NCBI RefSeq assembly: GCF_000372725.1
Contig: NW_005201192.1
Coordinates: 620,001 to 684,000 of the forward strand
Direction of reading: 5' to 3'
DNA from: Emiliania huxleyi CCMP1516
Lineage: Eukaryota
Length of the DNA stretch: 64,000 nt
In this document: piece after piece, positions 1 to 11,917 of the stretch
How the letters are laid out: each line of letters opens with the position of its first letter
Numbering within the stretch: position 1 is the stretch's first letter
The notes under the pieces: generated by a model
What the model saw: only the letters and a program-made list of their open reading frames with translations
Told to the model about the DNA's origin: nothing
Databases searched by the model: none
Made by a program: the position numbers and the translations under genes

Positions 1-23
1 CGCACTCGCTCGTACCACGGAGC

Positions 24-1011
24 TCAGCGAAGATCAACGGCCGAGGTCGCACCGCGCGCCTCCGACGCGAGGAGCTCGGCCTTGGCGCGAGTCTGCAGCG
101 ACTGGAAGCGAGCCACGACCGCCCAGAGCGAGTTGGCGAGCACCGGCCGCGACTTGCCCTCGTCGGTGATGTCCTTCGCGATAGACATGAGCCAGCGCAT
201 CTCCTTGTTGACCAGCTCCCGCTCCTTGTCGCGCGGCTGATATCCCTTGCGCTGCGACACACGCACGTACGTGATGTCGCTCTTGGCGATTGCGAGGGCC
301 TTCTCGAGCTCGACCTTCTCGCGCTCCATCGCGTGGGCCTTGGCGAGCATGCCTCCCTGCTCCTCGCTCATCGCCTGAATGTGCGCCTCGGCCGCGCCCG
401 TCCGCGCCCGGGCCGCGTCCACCTGCGTGGAAATCGACTGGCAGCGCGCCTGCGCAACGTTGACGTCGAATAGCGCGGTGTCCCGCTCAGAGATGAGCGC
501 GTCCTTTTGCTTCTCGTACTCTGACTTCATGGTGGACTTTTCCTGAAAACGGCAGAGGAAACGTGTGATGAGATGAGAGCAGGCGCCGTGATTGTGCTGG
601 CGTCGCACCATCTCGTAAACAGAAAGGAGCGAATCGAACGCGGACATCCCACCCTCATTCGAGTTCAGAGCTGACACCACGTCCTGAGGCACAGTCGGGA
701 TTGTCAGCAATGAGAGCGCACGCGACATCGTGCTATGAAGGCGGGCGGACCTCAAACAGGGCGGCCTTGTCGGCAGTGCCGGCATCGCTTGAGTCGTCCT
801 CGCACGATGCCTTGCGCTTGCGGCTTGCGGCGGGCGGGGTGACGGGGTCAGCACCCATAGCGACAACCGAGACGACTGCCGGGGAAGGCGCAGCAGTGGC
901 CGTGTCATTCGCGACCTCCGTGCCCGAGGGCGGCGCCTTGGTCTCGGGAGGCGCGGAGGACGAGAGAACACTCGGAGCAGCAGCACAGGACTTCGACGCC
1001 GGAACCATCAT
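24..1011 (-). CDS. Hypothetical coiled-coil protein, probably three exons
   Basis: An Ala/Pro-rich exon with RKRK (about 1011-752) can be joined through GT-AG introns (GAG|gtccgc...ctcag, ATG|gtgcga...tttcag) to a heptad-rich coiled-coil exon ending at the stop at 24. No family recognised. Confidence 0.4.
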
Positions 1012-1699
1012 GGGAGACGTGTTGGGCACGGGGACGCCGGTATGTAAAACTTAAATCGGAAAACGACCGCTTCGCGTCGGCAAATGACCAAAATTCACCG
1101 CTCCGAACGCTAAATGACCGACCGCGCTCCCGACCTCCCGTGCCCCGGGCGCCCCCCCGGTGCAGGGCGGCGGTCGCCCGCCGGGCGCGCGGTCGGCGAG
1201 CGGCGCGTCCCCGCCGACCTGCCCGCCTCGCCGCGCCGCGCGGCTGCGGCGCTGTGGGCTTTGTGGGCGTGCGTCTGCGTCACCTTGGTTGCTACGTCGT
1301 GGCTCGACAAGTGTTTTTCTTTTCCTCTTTCTCCTTGGAAACGAGGACAAAACTGATTCCAATCGCACCCCACATGAATTTTATCAAAACCGGGACACAC
1401 TCGTCGACTTGTTGAGAGCTATTATCTGTCCTCGGGAGGGCGGCGGCGGCGGCGTAGAGTCGGCGGCGAGCTCTCCCGATGAGCGATGACAATTGACAAA
1501 TAGAGAGAAGCATCTAAAAATCTCTCTCCCAAATACTCGAGTAGTCTCCTCTCAAATAGTCGCCTCACAGCTTGGGTCACGTCTGCTTTTCCGTGTCTCT
1601 GTATCGAGCGAGAGCGGCGCGACGACACAAAGCCCAGCTGGTCGAGCCTGTGTCTGCGACAGAGAGTTGTTTGCGGTGCCGGCGCCGACTACAAGCTCC

Positions 1700-3087
1700 A
1701 TGAGCGAGTACGCCTCCGCCGACCACGCGCAGGAGGTGACACGCGACCTCTCCGCGCGGCAGGAGGAGAGCGCGCAGCGCGTCCGGCAAGAGCGAATCGG
1801 CGCGGCGTGCCTGAAGCGCACGCGTGCATTCGGGAAGCTCATTCTCTTCGGCGAGCACTTTGTGGTGTACAAGGCGCCCGCGCTGGTCGGCGCAGTCGCC
1901 GCGTACACGGATTGCGACGTCGAGTTCACCGGCGCGCCGGGCATCGAGGTGGTTGATCTGCGGCCGGCGGTGCCGGGCTACAAGGTTGAGAAGGCCGCCG
2001 AGGGAGAGGAGGCGGTCAAGATTGTGCTGTCGCACCTCGGCGTCGACACGGAGAAGCGCGGCGCGAAGATCACCTTTGGAGGAAGCCTCACCGCCGTCTC
2101 TGGCATCGGCGCGTCGGCGGCGCAGGTGGTGTCACTCGCCCGCGCGCTCAGTGCGGCGCTGCCGCGCACGCTGAGCGAGGAGGAGGTCAACGCCGCAGGG
2201 TGCGCGGGCGAGATGCGACCGCCGTAATCGCCGTAACCGCCAAAGGGATAGATCTTACCAAGCCGCACAGCCGCGTCGGGGGAGGTGCCCGAGATTAGGC
2301 GAGCTTACCCGAGATCGCCCGTAGGTACGAGGGCGAGAAGGGGTACCACGGCACGCCGTCGGGGGTGGACAACACGGCGGCCACGTACGGCGGCGTGCTG
2401 CGCTTCCAGCGTACGGACGGCGCGCCGCGTTTCGCGGCGAAGGAGCTCGCTGAGTTGGTTCCTCACAGCTAGCCGTGTATGAGTCAGGCGCGCCGCTCTT
2501 CACGATGAAGAAGCTCGCCGGCCCGATCCGCATCGTGTACGCCTCCACGGGCATCACCGCCTCGACGACCAAGGCGAGAGATCGTCCGAGATGTCGCCAA
2601 GCTCGTCAGAACTGCACGCTCCGCCGTCGAACGGCGCGGTTCTCTCCTCCGCCCCGCAGGTGGTTGGCGACGTCAAGGCCAAGAAGGAGGCGGACGAGGC
2701 GTGGTTCGGCAGCCTGCTTGCGAGGAGAGTGGCGCTCGCGGCTGGCGGCGAGGCTCTGCCTGCGGGGAGCCTGTTCGCCCCCACTTCTGTAGGTACACGG
2801 CGCTCGCGGCAGAGGGCGAGGCGGCGCTGGACGCGGGCGACATGGCGGCGCTCGGCAGGCTGCTCGACGAGAACCACGCGCTGTGCCAAGAGCTGACGGT
2901 GAGCTGCAAGGAGCTCGACGACCTCGTGGTTGCGGCGCGCGGCGCGGGGGCGGTTGGCGCCAAGATGAGCGGCACCGGCCGCGGCGGGCTAATGCTCGCC
3001 CTCACGCCGACGGCCGAGTCGCAGGCGGCGGTGGCCAAGGCGCTGGAGAAGCTTGCGCCGCAGGTGTGGATGACCACCTTTGCATGA
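1700..3087 (+). CDS. MVK: Mevalonate kinase (GHMP kinase), 5 exons
   Basis: Motifs GKLILFGEHFVVY, GIGASAA, (spliced) GYEGEKGYHGTPSGVDN and GAKMSGTGRGG. Four introns: first 2200-2324, then about 2420-2487, 2573-2659 and 2725-2792. Confidence 0.92.
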
Positions 3088-3502
3088 GAGCAGTCCATGA
3101 GACGGCATGTGTCATGACCACTGCGCATGGGGGCTGGCAACGCGAAATCTGCGAAGGAGACACTCCTCAAAACGGTCTGCGCGATATACAGCCGACGCGC
3201 GTACATCGTACACATGCATCATGCATGCCCCTGTCTGTCATGTTCGGCTTAGTGAAACTAAAAAAGAAAAGTGTCCGCCCAAGCCCCAACTGCAACTCCT
3301 CTCCATTGTGAAGCGCCAGCCAAGAGTGCGTGCAGTGACGACTTGCGCGCAAGTCCCCCCAAAGTGACCGAACACTAGACCCCTACGTATATGCGCCTCG
3401 AATTATGTGTCAACGTATCACGTATGTCACCATCTCACTAAAGACTAACTCAGCAACAGCCAACACTTCTACGCACGGTAAAGTCGTGTGTACGCCTGCT
3501 AT

Positions 3503-4086
3503 TCAGTCATCCTCTACCGGCGCCCCTCTCGCGCCGCCGCCTGGCCACGCACCGTGCTCGTAGTCGAGGAAGCAGCGCTCGAGGCACAAGCCATGCGGCG
3601 GAGCCTTGACGACAAGCGAGCCGTGACGGCCCTTGCGCCCCCTCTCCGCCAACAGCTCTCCGACGCCAGCGACGCTCAGCTTGCCCAGCCCAACCTACAA
3701 CCTCGGCCAGCCGCAGGGTCAGCTCGTCCAGGCCCCGACCGGGGCCGGCGAGCCACGCCGCCGCCGCCTGGACGAGCGTGCCGCTCAGCAGCCGCATCAT
3801 GTTGTACAGGAAGCGGTCGCTCTCTGCGGTGATGATCACGACGCCTCCGCCGCCGTCGCCGCCGTCGTCCTTGTCGCGTTCCGCGGGGAGCCGTCGGACC
3901 TGCGAGCATGTCCACATGAGCATGTCCACGCCCTCTGCTCACCCCACGCCCTCTGCTCACCCCACGCCCTCTGCTCACCCCACGCCCTCCGCTCGCCCCA
4001 CGCCCTCTACTCAGGGCAAGCTCCTCTGCCCCCGCTGCCGCCACTGCGCGCGTCACGCCTCGCCTCAAGAACCCGCGGCTGCACTG

Positions 4087-4129
<43 letters not shown>

Positions 4130-5092
4130 TTGCTGCGGTGGGGTGCGGCATAGGGCGTGTTTGTCAGGGCTGGGTGTGGCGGTGGGGTGTAGCGGTAAGG
4201 GGAGAGTCGCGCCTCGAGCCGCCGCATCACCTTTGTGGGCGGCCGCGGGTCGTCTGGCCGCCGGACGCCAAAGGCGGAAAAGTCGTGCCTGAGGAAGGCT
4301 CCGAGAAGGTTCTCAGCGGGCGCGGCGCCACCGCCTCCTCGCTGCAGCCGGGCTACACCAGCTAGACCTCGGCAGCCTCTCGCCTGGCTCAGTAGGCGGG
4401 GTGATCTCGCCTCCATCTCGCCTCCATCTCGCCTCCATCTCGCCTCCATCTCGCCTCCATCTCGGCTGCATCTCGCCTCCATCTCGCCTCCATCTCGCCT
4501 CCATCTCGCCTCCATCTCGCCTCCATCTCGCCTCCATCTCGCCTCCATCTCGGCTGCATCTCGCCTCCCGGTGAGGAGAGCCGCCGCCTCCCCCATCAGC
4601 GCCACGTCGAGCCGCCTGCCGCGCCCGAGCACCCACCGGTACCGCGCGCCGAAGGGCGACCCGATCCCCTCCTCAACCGTGTAGACGTACCTGTGGGGGA
4701 CACGTCTCGGACATGTCATGGACGTGTCCTGGACAGGCCTGCCCTCCTCCGCGGTGCAGCCGCGCCGCTTGCCGACGCACGAGTCGCGCGCGTGGAAGCC
4801 CGCCTGCTCACGCCTCGAGCCGTGAAGAGAGGCTGCTCGCACCTTCGCGCGAGCCGCGCCTCGTGCAAGCTTTGGCGGAATCTCGGCTGCGTCTCGCCTG
4901 CATCTCGGCTGCATCTCGGCTGCATCTCCTCTCGGCTGCATCTCGCCGGCGCGACGCACACGCTCCGCACGAGCACGTCGGGCGGCATGCCGGAGCGCGG
5001 CCCGCTCAGGACCCGCTCGAGCACGGACGCCACCGCCGCGTCGTCTGCTGCGGAGAGCGCGGCGGCCAGTTGGACGTGCGCCACTCTCGTGC

Positions 5093-5133
<41 letters not shown>

Positions 5134-5533
5134 ACACTCTCCTGGGCAGGGGTCTCGAAGTGGAAGACCTGAGCACGGAGGGCGGCGGGCACGGCTCACG
5201 GCTCAGAGCGGGAGAGGCACGGGCGGCAGGAGGAGGGAGCGGTGGACAGGCCAGACGCGGGCTGAGCGGCATCGCGACCTGGTCCCGCGCGTGCACGCCC
5301 TTGTCCGTGCGGCCACTGCCGGCGACGTAGACGCGGCCGCCGAGCAGCGACGAGAGGCGCGCCTCGAGGACGTCCTGGACGCCGCGGCCGCTCGGCTGTG
5401 TCTGCCACCCGACATACTCTGTGCCGTCGTACTGAACGCGGCCGACGAAGCGTGTGGTCTGCCGCGGCTGCCGCTCCTGCGCCTCACGGTCGTAAGGCCT
5501 GCGAGCCGCGCGAAACGTGGTCGCAGTGGCCAT
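3503..5533 (-). CDS. truA: tRNA pseudouridine synthase A (TruA family), multi-exon
   Basis: Motifs [25 protein letters not shown] (catalytic Asp), [34 protein letters not shown] and KAPPHGLCL, spread over exons separated by repeat-filled introns. Start codon uncertain. Confidence 0.88.
3926..4010. repeat. 18-bp tandem repeat (CACGCCCTCTGCTCACCC), about 4.5 copies, intronic
   Basis: Seen directly in the sequence, inside a truA intron. Confidence 0.9.
4087..4136. repeat. (CTG)n microsatellite, intronic
   Basis: Seen directly. Explains the spurious poly-C, poly-S and poly-A stretches in ORF translations. Confidence 0.95.
4404..4567. repeat. 11-bp tandem repeat (ATCTCGCCTCC)n, intronic
   Basis: About 14-15 units. 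Related CGAGAT-containing units occur in introns near 4880-4945 and 37715-37795. Confidence 0.95.
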
Positions 5534-5879
5534 GCACCGGCGACCGCGGTGCAAGAACACTCTCGTCTCGAGCAGCGTCCGTCTCGCCGCCGCCGGGCCG
5601 CCTCGCACCGACAGATGTCGTTTTTTCTTTTGAAATTCCCGTCTGCTCTCTCTCTCTCTCTCTCAGTGTGTATGTGGCTCTTACGAACATACCCCAAGGG
5701 GACTGCTGGCCGTTTGCGATGACAGAGAGAGAGACTCTTTCTCTTGGGGTGTAAGTGCAAACAACAAACAACATCGGCTGCAAGGCGATGCGATGTTACA
5801 CAAAGTTTGTCTGCAAGGCGCGCGGGCAGCCCGGCCAACCCTTCGCGATCTTCGACTTCTTCGAACGCAACAACTTCAA

Positions 5880-6748
5880 GAGAGAGATTTTAGAAAACCA
5901 GCAAGAAATCACGACTGTCACAGTGTCAGTGATTTGGGCTCGGCAGCTTGTCAGCCCTCAGGCTCAGCCGAAGCTGGGGCCGGTCCCGTAGCCGAGAGAG
6001 CCCGCGCCGTGAGTTCGACGCGGTCGGGGGGCCTGCGGAGAGGCCAGCGAGGTGGCGATCGCTGTACTTCATGGTCGTCATTAAGTGACCGGCTGACAAG
6101 CCAGAGGTCGATACTCTGGACTGGACGACCCATAGGATGCCACGAATGCCTGGAGGAGAGGGAGGCGAGGCCAGAGGCAGACTCAGCTGCTCTCGGGTGA
6201 TCTCGCTTTGGTGGCCGAAGGACCCGATGGTCCTGTCACATTCGCGTTCCGAGTCGTGGGGGTAGAAGAATTCGAGTAGAAATCGAGTCAGCACTTCCTT
6301 GTAGTACAGCGGACCGCCAGGCTATCAGGCTCGCCGGCAGCATCCGCAGGGAGGCAGCATATGAGGCACCAGTTTTCTGGAGAGCTCGACAGCTGCAGCC
6401 GCGATGGCGGAGTCGGCCGCGGTTCGAGCGAGCAGCTTTTGGCTGCGGGATCGAATCGCGGAAGGCTCATGCGGAAAAGGCTCATGCCCTCGCGGAGCGA
6501 CGCGGGTCGCGCGGCGCGCGCGTGTGCGAAATGCGACAACAGACGACAGATGACAGGCGCCTGAGCGCTGTACGCCTGAACTTTTGTCGCCGCAATCGCC
6601 ACCGCCGCCATCTTGACGAGCAGCGCGAGCGCGCTCGTCGGCGGCCAGCCGTCGCGGGCCGGGCCGAGCCCGGCCTCAACCGGCCGCGCCGCCGCAGCAG
6701 GCCCGGAGGCCCATGGCGGCCGACCAGCTGATAAGGACCTTTTCTCTC
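5880..6748. mobile_element. About 870-bp insertion (element X) inside a retroelement 3' fragment
   Basis: Flanked by duplicated (C)TTCAA at 5874-5879 and 6748-6753. The uninterrupted site ACAACTTCAACCTGCTG is at 8781-8797. An inverted near-copy is at about 58055-58889. Confidence 0.75.
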
Positions 6749-7007
6749 TTCAACCTGCTGCTCCACGAGACGTTCAGCGGCGGCTTCTCGCCCACCGCCG
6801 TTCTCAAGCTGCGCCGCCTCGCGCGCAAAGTCGCGCGCGGCAGCGTCGACCGCACGGCCTACTCGCCCAAGTACTCGGCTACTCGCTCTCTTTTATGTCC
6901 CACCATGCAGAGCGCATCTCTCTCTCTGTTGTGCGAGGCGTGAACCGCGCCATTCGCTCTCACCTGGCAACCCTGTCTGCACGTCTCGCGCGCGCGTGAA
7001 CAGGGCC
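6748..7007 (+). mobile_element. Second copy of the 3' end of the CRE-like retroelement
   Basis: Nearly identical to 8785-9039. Encodes LLHETFSGGFSPTAVLKLRRLAR. Confidence 0.8.
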
Positions 7008-7295
7008 TCGAGCGTGTTGGCGGAGAGCGGTGTGAGGAAGGGCATCGTCTCTGTGATGCCTCTGCTCTCTGGTCTGTCTCGTGTCGTTTGAAAGCCAGAT
7101 GCTCGTTTTTTTTTCCAGTCCGAGCCTGGCTGTTCTTGAGTTGTTGCTGTTCTTCACCTTCCTACCAAACCTAACCTCGCGAATAGTTCTTCACGTGCAC
7201 CGAGCAAGCCCAACGATTCCGCAGGGTGTGTTCACGCAACACTCTATAATTTATTGATTGATGATTTTATACACATTTTGAGTGTTAGAGTTGTT

Positions 7296-9059
7296 TTTTG
7301 ATTTTATATAGCTGGTAGCAAACAAACGATGCCTCGCGCCAACGCGCCGACAGTGCGCAGACGAGAGAATTAAATAAAAATAAATAAAACGGACACACCA
7401 AACAACAAACAAACGTCGACACTGACTGCGTCACGAACACCTCGCAGCTCCGCCTCAAACTCGTCCAACGGATTGCCTGCGCAAAGACCAAGTACATTGC
7501 CGGCATCACGCCGCCCAATGTCGCGTGCGACGCTCTCGAGTTTGCGCACAACCGCATCCGCAAGTCCTTTGAGAGCATTGCTCGCGCCGACGCCTCGCCC
7601 CAGGCGCTCCGCGACCTCGCGTGGCTCCAGGCGCAGCTGCCGACCGAGATGGGCGGGTGCAACATCGACACCGCCTTCACGCGAGCCGACAGCGACTTCT
7701 CCATGTCGCTCCTCAAGAACTGGCGCACCCTCGTCGCCCACAACCCCGACTTCGCCCTCGACGAGGGAGGTGCGTCCAAGTACCCCACCATCGCCGCAGC
7801 CATCGCCACCTACGAGTCCGCCCTCTCGGACTGGAAGGAGGTGTGTGAGAAGCGCGCCGCCCGCGACAAAACCAAGTACCACACCGTCCGCGGCGGCTAC
7901 CTGACTGAGTTCTACCCCAAGAGCGTCCCGCTCCCCGAGCCCGAGTCCCTTCCAGCTACCGACGCGATTCTCAATGGCACTTGCAAATCCACGTACCCGC
8001 GGCCGCGGGCGCTCGCTGCCATCAAGAATCACAAGGACTGGTCCGCGCACCAGGAGCTCGTCAAGGCGCGGGACGTGCACGTCAAGAACAACCCGTCCCT
8101 CGGAGACAGCGCCGTCAACAACCGCGAAGCCTCGCGCTTCGTCTCCGCCTCAACGCCTTTCGCCGGCAAAGCCCTCGATGTCCGTGTCGACGGCACGTAC
8201 GCCACCGCCCTCTCCTCCGACGCCCTCCAGGAAGCTCCAGCGGAAGCTCGGCCTTTGGCTCTCCGTGGCGGGCTTCCCACCCTTCGGGTCGCGCTCGAGC
8301 GGGGCATGCCAGTCGATTTCTTCGGCGACTACCTTTACAACAAGGCCCACCACCGGCGGCCCCACGACGGCGTCCTCGCCGCCTGGGCGGACGCGATGCG
8401 CGCCCCGGCCAACGCGCCGGTCGTGCACGGTGACAAGGAGAAACCAGAGCTCACCCGGCAGTACATCAACGAGGGGTACAAGGTCGACCTCGCGGAACCC
8501 CACGCTGGCCCGGGAGGATGCGATGAGGTGAATGAAGTCAAGCTCTCGACGCCCCTCCTCAAGACCTCCTCGGCGGGCGTTGGCAACGCCTCGAGCGGCG
8601 GCACGCCCGCCTCCGTTGGCCACTCCTACGCCTTCGGCAACACCGAAGAGAAGGCCCGCCGCCTAAACATGGGCTGCAAGGCGCGCGGGCAACCCGGCCA
8701 ACCCTTCGACCACAAGAACGGCCACGGCTACGTCAAGGCGCATCGCGGTTTCTACCACGACGCGATCTTTGTCAAGCGCAACAACTTCAACCTGCTGCTC
8801 CACGAACGAGACGTTCGGCGGCGGCTTCTCGCCCACCGCCGTTCTCAAGCTGCGCCGCCTCGCGCGCAAAGCCGCGCGCGGCAGCGTCGACCGCACGGCC
8901 TACTCGCCCAAGTACTCGCTCTCTTTTATGTCCCACCATGCAGAGCGCATCTCTCTCTCTGTTGTGCGAGGCGTGAACCGCGCCATTCGCTCTCACCTGG
9001 CAACCCTGTCTGCACGTCTCGCGCGCGCGTGAACAGGGCTCCAGGCCCCAAATGACGTG
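7296..9059 (+). mobile_element. 5'-truncated non-LTR retrotransposon with restriction-like endonuclease (CRE-like), frameshifted
   Basis: Post-RT motif AQLPTEMGGCNI; DFFGDYL...RPHDGV; D..E-x-K nuclease-like DLAEP...NEVK; C-terminal ETFGGGFS in a shifted frame. Flanked by the 17-bp direct repeat TGAGTGTTAGAGTTGTT (7279-7295, 9060-9076). Confidence 0.65.
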
Positions 9060-9295
9060 TGAGTGTTAGAGTTGTTGGTATTACTAAAAATCCACACTAA
9101 GTGCACCACTAACTAACCGCTCTGCAACAGCACTGCGCCTCATCAGCGGGCTCCTGCTTTACCCATTCTTTTCAATCGTGGGATCGCTTGTCATGTGAGA
9201 GAGTGTTGTAAAATACTTTTCTGCTCCGGGACTTGGAAAGTTCTCTGCATCCCGACGCCAAAGCACAGCGTGTGTGCGCGCGTGTGTGTGTGTGT

Positions 9296-9982
9296 ATGCT
9301 GCTCGCTGCCGCAATCCCGCTTGGTCTGAGCCTCTCGCCGCCCGCCACCTCCGCCTCGGCGCTCTCCACGCGTGACGCGTGCCTCCTGTTTGGAGCCCTC
9401 GCCGAGCCGCTGGTCCACCTCGACCCGGAGGTCGGCGCATGCTGTCACTCTGCGTGCAGCGACTGCGAGTGGCGGCTGCCCGACGGTGGATACCGGTTCG
9501 ATGTCCTCAAGGCGACCAAGCCAAAGTGGGTCCCGTGCTATCTCCGCCGCGACTTTGGCGACGAGCGTGGCTGCCACGAGCCTCGCTGGGCCTCGGCGCT
9601 CTTCCCGGGCGGAGGCGAGGTAACGCGGGCGCAGTTTGGCGAGGCGCTCGCCGGCCTCGGCTTTGAGATGCCGATGGGCCCGCGAGGCAGCGTGGGCGCC
9701 GACGGCGGCATGCCCGAGAGCGCGGCCGATGCGCTCTGGGCGTGGCTGGCTGGCGATGGCGACGCGCTCACGCCAGAGGGCGCACGAACGCGGCTGCAGG
9801 CAATGGCCGAGGACCCCCAGGCCGAGGGCGCCGTCGGTGAGGGCCCCGACCACCTCGTGTGGAAGGAGTTTGCAAAGGACGCGGCACGCGGGGGGCGCTG
9901 GTCCCGCCGCACCTCCCCGAGACACCGTGCGGGCTGATGTGGATAGGCGCTCGGCGCCAAGCCCTTCGAGATGATCGTATGA
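9296..9982 (+). CDS. Oxidoreductase-like N-terminal domain (CCxSxCxxC) protein with signal peptide
   Basis: Hydrophobic N-terminus MLLAAAIPLGLSL and motif CCHSACSDCEW. A probable last intron 9878-9946 gives the end ALGAKPFEMIV*; the unspliced stop is at 9937. Confidence 0.6.
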
Positions 9983-10214
9983 GCGCCGCCGCGATCGCAC
10001 AGCGCCGATTCGCCTTGCCCGTATCCCACAACACAGGCCTACGCTTCGGCCTCGGAAGTCGGACGCTGCGCGAGCGTTGCTCTCGTCTCCTCCTTCTAGT
10101 TATGTGTAGTATAAGAGCGAGAAGGTTGCGCACGACACCACAGAGAGAGTGTTTTTGCGTTTCCGTCAAAGTAATGTTTTGCGTTTTTCGAAAAGTCGTT
10201 ATGCGGCTTGTGTC

Positions 10215-10865
10215 GTGTTCCCGGGCATTCACACTATATTTCGGAGATAATTGGGCGATTATATCCATAACCGGATTTCATCCCTTTCGTTTGGTTTGCC
10301 TCTAACGGTTTGGAGATTCGTGTTACGTGTTTCCAGTCCCGTGCCCAGTGTTGTGAGAAGGAGTTTTGTTGTAAATTTCCGTTTCCGTAAAGGGTGTGGA
10401 TGGTGGGTTGACGGAAAATTGAAGGACACGACCCACTTCGCCACAGACAGTCCCGCGCCTCGCGCCGCTAAGACGGCTACACGACCGCGGCTCGTGTGCA
10501 TGTAGCCGTCTTTGTCCGGAGTGAATACCACCACGCGCTCGTCGGTGACGGTGTCCTTCGATTTCGCCGCGCTCGGCGAACCTCGACAGCGCCCCTTCGG
10601 TGGCATGCATGCTGCTGTACGGCCCCGGCATCGCCTTCCCAGGCTTAGCTAGACTGAGAGATATTGTGGACATGGTTGGTCTCTACAATATACTCACTGA
10701 CACTGAACCTCCCAGAGCTCGTCCCGGTCCGTCACGGCCATCCTCGGCCTCCGGAGGGCCCCCGGCCTCCGTAAGGGTAAAACGTATACAGCACTCTCTG
10801 ACGCGATGCGGCCTCTGCCTAGCCTCCTGCTCCTTTGCGGGAGCTATGGCGGGACCGCTATCGAG
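10215..10865. repeat. Mosaic of dispersed-repeat fragments
   Basis: TTCCCGGGCATTCACACTATATTTCGGAGATAATTGGGCG matches about 29240-29290. GGGTAAAACGTATACAGCACTCT matches 13776 and 29344. 10424-10465 is the reverse complement of about 28050-28090. Confidence 0.75.
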
Positions 10866-11917
10866 TATGGCTTATCCTCCGGCCAGCACGGCCTCGACTA
10901 TTGCATCGCCGAGGCCGACACCACCATCGACACGACAGCGTCGACCACCATGGCAGCTCCAACGTGTGCGCTGCCATGGACAAACCGTGCACTCTATATG
11001 CCAGCCACCACCTGGGCGCCCGGCATGTGCGAGCACAACCCCAATCGAGCCGAAAGATCTCTGAACAATGGGTCCAGTCGGTCTCTTCGAGCACGTTTTC
11101 GAGCCTACCGTTTGCGTCGACAATCCATTTCTGAAAGTTTTGTCGATAAACTTTGAACTTTGGCCAGAACACTCCGAGGACATGTGTGCCTCGCCCCACA
11201 CGACCTCTCAGGCTATGGAGCACTGTGGAGGTGATCAGGGTGGTCTGACCGGGTGGTATCGCCCCGGTCTCGGCCCTCTGTAGCATCGTGAGGCGTCCCT
11301 CGTCTCTCGCTCGAGAGATGGTCATCTGAACCCGAATCATCGGTGCCCAGCACGTGTATGTTGAGTCGTACGCGGTCCTGCGGCTTGGTCGCGGGAGATA
11401 GATTGCCCGCAGTGCCACGTGCCTCCTCAGCCGAGGAAGACATATTTGTAGAAAGTATTCAAAGTACGAAGGTGTGGTGTCACACCGGTGGGGGGGAAAG
11501 ACGCCAGCTGCGCCGAGTTGTGGTGTCACAACAGTAGAGAGGTCGACTGTCTCGCGGCGCGGCGGCCCCACGAGAAGCAGTCAGAGACTATTACGTGCCA
11601 ATATTTGGGCGCCTATTAGGCGCCCAAAGTGCTAATATTGGTGATCTAAGTGGCAAGACGTGCCACCACACGGGGTATGGGAATATAGAGATATGTGAGT
11701 ACGATGGACTAGCTGTCACTCTGGGGTGGGGAAGGGAGAATAATAGGTGAAGCCTCTCGATACAGGTCAGGCTGTTGGTGCTCGTGAGGGTATTCGTGCC
11801 TCACCTCCTGCGACACAAACATGACCATTCCCCCGGGGAGGGGCGCGGCACTGAGTGGTAGCTGTAGAGCGTGGCACTGCGTAGCAGCTGCGGTTGATCT
11901 GGGAGCATCTCGCAATC

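Noticed and set aside
3676..5199. 507-aa ORF with [10 protein letters not shown] repeats
   Set aside because: Translation through truA introns filled with 11-bp and CTG repeats.
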